In this document: positions 60,657-64,000 of the stretch, one piece after another
How positions within the stretch are numbered: position 1 is the stretch's first letter
How the letters are laid out: every line of letters starts with the position of its first letter
From: an uncultured Chloroflexia bacterium
Lineage (GTDB): Bacteria > Chloroflexota > Limnocylindria > QHBO01
Length of the DNA stretch: 64,000 nt
Assembly (NCBI GenBank): GCA_963825525.1
Contig: CAWGTN010000002.1
Coordinates: forward strand, 672,001-736,000
Reading direction: 5' to 3'
Notes under the pieces: generated by a model
Told to the model about the DNA's origin: nothing
Seen by the model: the letters and a program-made list of their open reading frames with translations, nothing else
Database searches by the model: none
Position numbers and translations under genes: made by a program

Positions 60657-61646
60657 CTAGTCGTCCGCGATCGCGCCCGGGTGGATCGCCCGGACGAGCG
60701 CCTCCAGCCCGTCGACGATCCGAGGACCGGGACGCGTGATCAGCAGGTCGTCGGTGATGACCACCACCGATCCGGAGGTCACCGCGGTCATGCTGTCCCA
60801 GCCGGGTCGGGCGGCCACCGTGTCAGGCGTGATCGTCGGGTCGTACGTCGCGTCGCCCAGGAGGATGAGCTCAGGATCGGCAGCCACGAGGTCCTCGATC
60901 TCGATCGAGGTCGACAGCGCATCGCCGGTGATGGGATCGCCGCCCGCGATCTCGATGAGGCTGGCCAGGAACGATCCCTCGCCCGCCGTGTAGATCGTGC
61001 CCTCGAACACGCTCACCTCGTAGAAGGTGCGAGGCCGCTCGAGTCCCGCGACGGCGTCCTCGACGTCGTCGACTCGCATCGTCATCTCGTCGACCATGGC
61101 ATTGGCCGCATCGGTGCGATCCAGCGCCGTGCCGACCATCGCGATGTCGGCGGCGACCTCGTCGAGCGATTCCGGATACAGCACCAGCACCGACATGCCC
61201 AGCTCCACGAGCTGGTCGATGACGCTCGTCGGTGTCAGCTCATTGCCGGCTGCAAGCACGAGGTCCGGTTCAGCGGCGACCACGGCCTCGACGTCAACGG
61301 TCGCCATGGTCACGACCTTGTCGACATCGGCGACTTCTGCTGGATAGTCGTCGAAGTCGGTGACACCGACGAGCCGATCGCACGCGTCGAGCGCGCACAC
61401 GATCTCGGTGTTGCTCGGTGCCAGCGAGACGATCCGCTGCGGCACCTCCGTGATCGCGACCTCTCGGCCCGCGTCGTCGGTGAGCGTCACCGGGAACGCG
61501 GCCGGCCGGTCGTCGGTCGAGGCAATCGGCGAGGCATCGGCTGATCGAGGGGCATCGGTGCTGCTCGTCGAGGGGGCACAACCCACCAGGGTCATGGCTG
61601 CGGCGAGGGGGAGGGCGAGGAGGCGGTTGGAGTACTGCGGAGTCAT
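60657..61646 (-). CDS. btuF: Cobalamin ABC substrate-binding lipoprotein
   Basis: Lipobox LVGC, PQRIVSLAPSNTE, RPGPR. Confidence 0.88.
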   Translation of the reverse strand: MTPQYSNRLLALPLAAAMTLVGCAPSTSSTDAPRSADASPIASTDDRPAAFPVTLTDDAGREVAITEVPQRIVSLAPSNTEIVCALDACDRLVGVTDFDDYPAEVADVDKVVTMATVDVEAVVAAEPDLVLAAGNELTPTSVIDQLVELGMSVLVLYPESLDEVAADIAMVGTALDRTDAANAMVDEMTMRVDDVEDAVAGLERPRTFYEVSVFEGTIYTAGEGSFLASLIEIAGGDPITGDALSTSIEIEDLVAADPELILLGDATYDPTITPDTVAARPGWDSMTAVTSGSVVVITDDLLITRPGPRIVDGLEALVRAIHPGAIADD

Positions 61647-61687
61647 GGTGATGGCTTCCCTTTCACGCGAGGGCGAGCGACATCGCG

Positions 61688-61836
61688 ATCGGGCTGGCGA
61701 CCTGACTCCCGTGCTCATCGTCTCCCCGGACCCAGCGGTCCGGGACGGCGGCGCGGTTACAGTAGCGGGACTGTGCCGGCATCTCACCGGCTTCTCCATT
61801 TGCCCGTGGTCCTTGCGGCCACGGCACCCGTCGGCG
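61688..61836 (-). ncRNA. Cobalamin riboswitch
   Basis: Minus strand GGTG...AATGGAGAAGCCGGTGAGATGCCGGCACAGTCCCGCTACTGTAA...GAGTCAGG..GCC, B12-box features upstream of btuF; ends approximate. Confidence 0.9.
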
Positions 61837-61856
61837 TCTCTTCGGTTGGTGACGCG

Positions 61857-61865
61857 ATCCTAGCA
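61857..61865 (-). promoter_or_regulatory. Extended -10 promoter of the riboswitch-btu operon
   Basis: TGCTAGGAT just 5' of the riboswitch. Confidence 0.5.
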
Positions 61866-62008
61866 GAGCGCTCAGATCACCGGTCGAAGAGGCGGGCGTG
61901 CCGTCGAATGCTGAGTGCTGCGATTCCCGCGTGAACGGCATCGGCCAGCCACCCGATAGCATGCCGCGGCGTGATCGATTCGCGCGACGCCCGACGTGAC
62001 ACGCAGAA

Positions 62009-62034
62009 CCCGCCGGCGAGCTGGCGCCGGCGGG
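62009..62034 (-). terminator. Intrinsic terminator-like hairpin
   Basis: CCCGCCGGCG-6 nt-CGCCGGCGGG followed by TTCTG on the minus strand. Confidence 0.6.
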
Positions 62035-62054
62035 CCTCGACATCGACGGCGGAC

Positions 62055-62348
62055 CTAGGCGGGGACGGGTTCCTCGTCGCGCGCCTCGGCATGCCCATAC
62101 AGCGGGGTCTCTCGAGCGGCCTCGCTCAGCATCGGGTCGAGCATCTTCTGGACGGCCAGCGTGTGGCTGCAGCCGCCGGCAGATTCATAGAGATGACAGT
62201 CACAGTGCCAAGCATCGGCGTCGAGGGTGACGGTGTGGGTGCCGTTGTCGCCGGCGAAGCTGGCCCGCAGGGCCTCGATCTTCACGCGGTCCGGCTCATG
62301 CCCGTAGCGCATGGCCTTCTCGACCTTGCCGATCATGCTCGAATGCAC
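62055..62348 (-). CDS. Small SWIM-type zinc-finger protein
   Basis: WHCDC...GCSH (CxC-xn-CxH); SD GGAGGT. Confidence 0.82.
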   Translation of the reverse strand: MHSSMIGKVEKAMRYGHEPDRVKIEALRASFAGDNGTHTVTLDADAWHCDCHLYESAGGCSHTLAVQKMLDPMLSEAARETPLYGHAEARDEEPVPA

Positions 62349-62392
62349 TCGCGGTTACCTCCATCTGGCGCCGGAACATCCCCGGCGCGCTA

Positions 62393-63589
62393 CTACGTGG
62401 CGCCCGTCGGGTCTGATCCGGTGGCCCTGGCGAGCCGCTCCTTGAGCATCGCGAGCAGTGTAACCGGGGTGGGATCGGTCTGGTAGAGAATTGCGAGATA
62501 TACGCTCACCAGGTCGCCATATGCGACGGTCGACAGCACCCGTGCGAGCGCCGACGGGCCCTCCGCCCAGACCTCGCTGCGGCTGGTTGCCCGCTCGCCG
62601 AGGAGCTCCTCTACGACCCGATAGCGGTCGGCGATGGCCTCGGGCTCGCCACGGTCGCGCAGCTGGATGACGTGGAGCGCGTCGCTCAGCTCGCGGGGGT
62701 TGAGGCTCCCCTCGATCGCGTTGTGATTCGCCTCCGGCATCGCCTCCCATGAGGCCCACGCCTTGGCGTTCTCGTTCATCTGGGTCTTCCACCGATGCGC
62801 GACCGGCGCCATGGCTCCGTGACCGTAGATGACCGGGATCCTGCCGAAGATGGACCACGCCAGCTGCTTGGCCGGGTTGGCCTCGGTGTCGACCGCCGGC
62901 CCGGTCCGTTCCAGCAGCTCCTCGAGCGCGGCCGCAGCCGGCCCGACGGGATCAGGATCGACGATCAGGCCCGCACGCGACAGGACCTCGTGCATGAGCC
63001 CGATGCCGAAGCCGATGGCAGCCCTCGGTTGACCCGGGAGCCGGTAGCGCAGCAGCGGGATGTCCGCCTCGCCGGCGGCGGCTCCCATCCCGCCCCCCGT
63101 CGTGATGATGGCAAGCGGCAGGTCGCGCTCGCGTGCCGCGCGCAGTCCGGAGAGGGTCTCCGCAGTCTCCCCGGAATGGCTGGCAGCGATGACCAGCGTC
63201 CGTGGTCCGGTGCCGGCCGGCAACCCGTAGTCGCGGTGCACCAGCAGCGGCACGCGCAGCCGCTCCCCGGCAACTGCCGCCACCAGCTCGGCGCCGATCG
63301 CCGACCCACCCATGGCGAGCACGACGACATGGTCCACATCGGTGTGGCGATCGTCGAGGCGCAGCGTCGCACCCAGTCGTCGGGCTTCCGAGAGCTGGCG
63401 CGGCAGGTCCATGACCCGCCCGAGCATGTCCTCCGGGTCGATCCGCTTGCGGGTCGCCGGGTCGTCCAGGGTGACGGCCTCCTCGAACAGCGGCGGACGC
63501 TGGTCGTCGCCCTCGCCCTCGGCCGCCGGATCGGGACGCCCGGGCTCCTCGTCAGGGTTCTTGTAGCCGAAGTAGTCGCGGGCATCCAT
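62393..63589 (-). CDS. Bifunctional phosphoglucose/phosphomannose isomerase (SIS)
   Basis: MGGSAIG, SHSGETAET, QPRAA, RWKTQMNENAK, PEANHN. Confidence 0.93.
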   Translation of the reverse strand: MDARDYFGYKNPDEEPGRPDPAAEGEGDDQRPPLFEEAVTLDDPATRKRIDPEDMLGRVMDLPRQLSEARRLGATLRLDDRHTDVDHVVVLAMGGSAIGAELVAAVAGERLRVPLLVHRDYGLPAGTGPRTLVIAASHSGETAETLSGLRAARERDLPLAIITTGGGMGAAAGEADIPLLRYRLPGQPRAAIGFGIGLMHEVLSRAGLIVDPDPVGPAAAALEELLERTGPAVDTEANPAKQLAWSIFGRIPVIYGHGAMAPVAHRWKTQMNENAKAWASWEAMPEANHNAIEGSLNPRELSDALHVIQLRDRGEPEAIADRYRVVEELLGERATSRSEVWAEGPSALARVLSTVAYGDLVSVYLAILYQTDPTPVTLLAMLKERLARATGSDPTGAT

Positions 63590-63591
63590 GC

Positions 63592-64000
63592 CTATGTCGC
63601 GCCCGCGATGACGCGGCCTTCGGAGAGCAGCGTCTCCACGTCCCCGGGAGAGCGAGCCTCGGCATAGACGCGCAGCAGCGCTTCGGTCCCGCTGAAGCGA
63701 ATCAGCATCCATGATCCATCGGCCCGGTAGAACTTGAAGCCGTCGCCCGTGTCGAGGGTCGTCCGCTCCACCACCTCCTGGCCGCCGAGGCTGCTCGGGG
63801 CCTGCTCGGCCAGGCGGCCCAGGGTGTCTGATTTCACGCGGTCGTACCCCTCACGAGGAAACCTGAAGTCGAGGCGGTTGTAATAGCTCGGACCGGCCAG
63901 CGCCTGGAGCTCGGCGAGCACCTCGGACGCCTTGCCGCCGCGCGTCAGCCACAGGTCGAGCAGGAAGAGGCCCGAGGCGATCCCGTCGCGTTCCGGGATA
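63592..64000 (-). CDS. Phosphoglucomutase/phosphomannomutase, 3' part
   Basis: PERDGI, DGFKF, WMLIRFSGTEALLRVYAE. Confidence 0.9.
   Translation of the reverse strand, partial: IPERDGIASGLFLLDLWLTRGGKASEVLAELQALAGPSYYNRLDFRFPREGYDRVKSDTLGRLAEQAPSSLGGQEVVERTTLDTGDGFKFYRADGSWMLIRFSGTEALLRVYAEARSPGDVETLLSEGRVIAGAT

Noticed and set aside
61647-61799. N-terminal extension of BtuF in the ORF track
   Set aside because: Region is the cobalamin riboswitch; signal peptide and SD support the start at 61646

Overview
High-GC bacterial chromosome segment, densely coding (about 66 CDS), mostly housekeeping and metabolic genes. The gene set suggests Chloroflexota, possibly Limnocylindria-like (inference only). 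I found no rRNA, tRNA, CRISPR array, integrase or transposase. In order, the window holds: pepA (partial) and a PASTA Ser/Thr kinase; a purine-nucleoside salvage cluster (add, HAD phosphatase, BMP-type ABC importer, nucleoside hydrolase); Mrp/ApbC, PIG-L and a second deaminase; ccsA; yyaL; a csoR-like repressor; polX-PHP next to a TPR/HIRAN-like protein and a catalytically degenerate DNA-methyltransferase-nuclease fusion; corA; an aldehyde dehydrogenase pair and deoC; ECF sigma-ogt; sodN/sodX; a birA-ECF sigma-acc-fab cluster; trpS; opp-type and cobalamin ABC importers with a cobalamin riboswitch; pgi/pmi and pgm (partial). Best candidates for undescribed biology: (1) an acetyl-CoA carboxylase operon with a second, lysine-less BCCP paralogue resembling plant BADC regulators, apparently under an ECF sigma/anti-sigma pair; (2) a TPR-HIRAN-acidic-tail protein co-transcribed with a pseudo-methyltransferase/PD-(D/E)XK fusion beside polX; (3) an ECF sigma translationally coupled to an N-terminally extended Ogt. 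All family assignments come from motif recognition by eye, not database searches.
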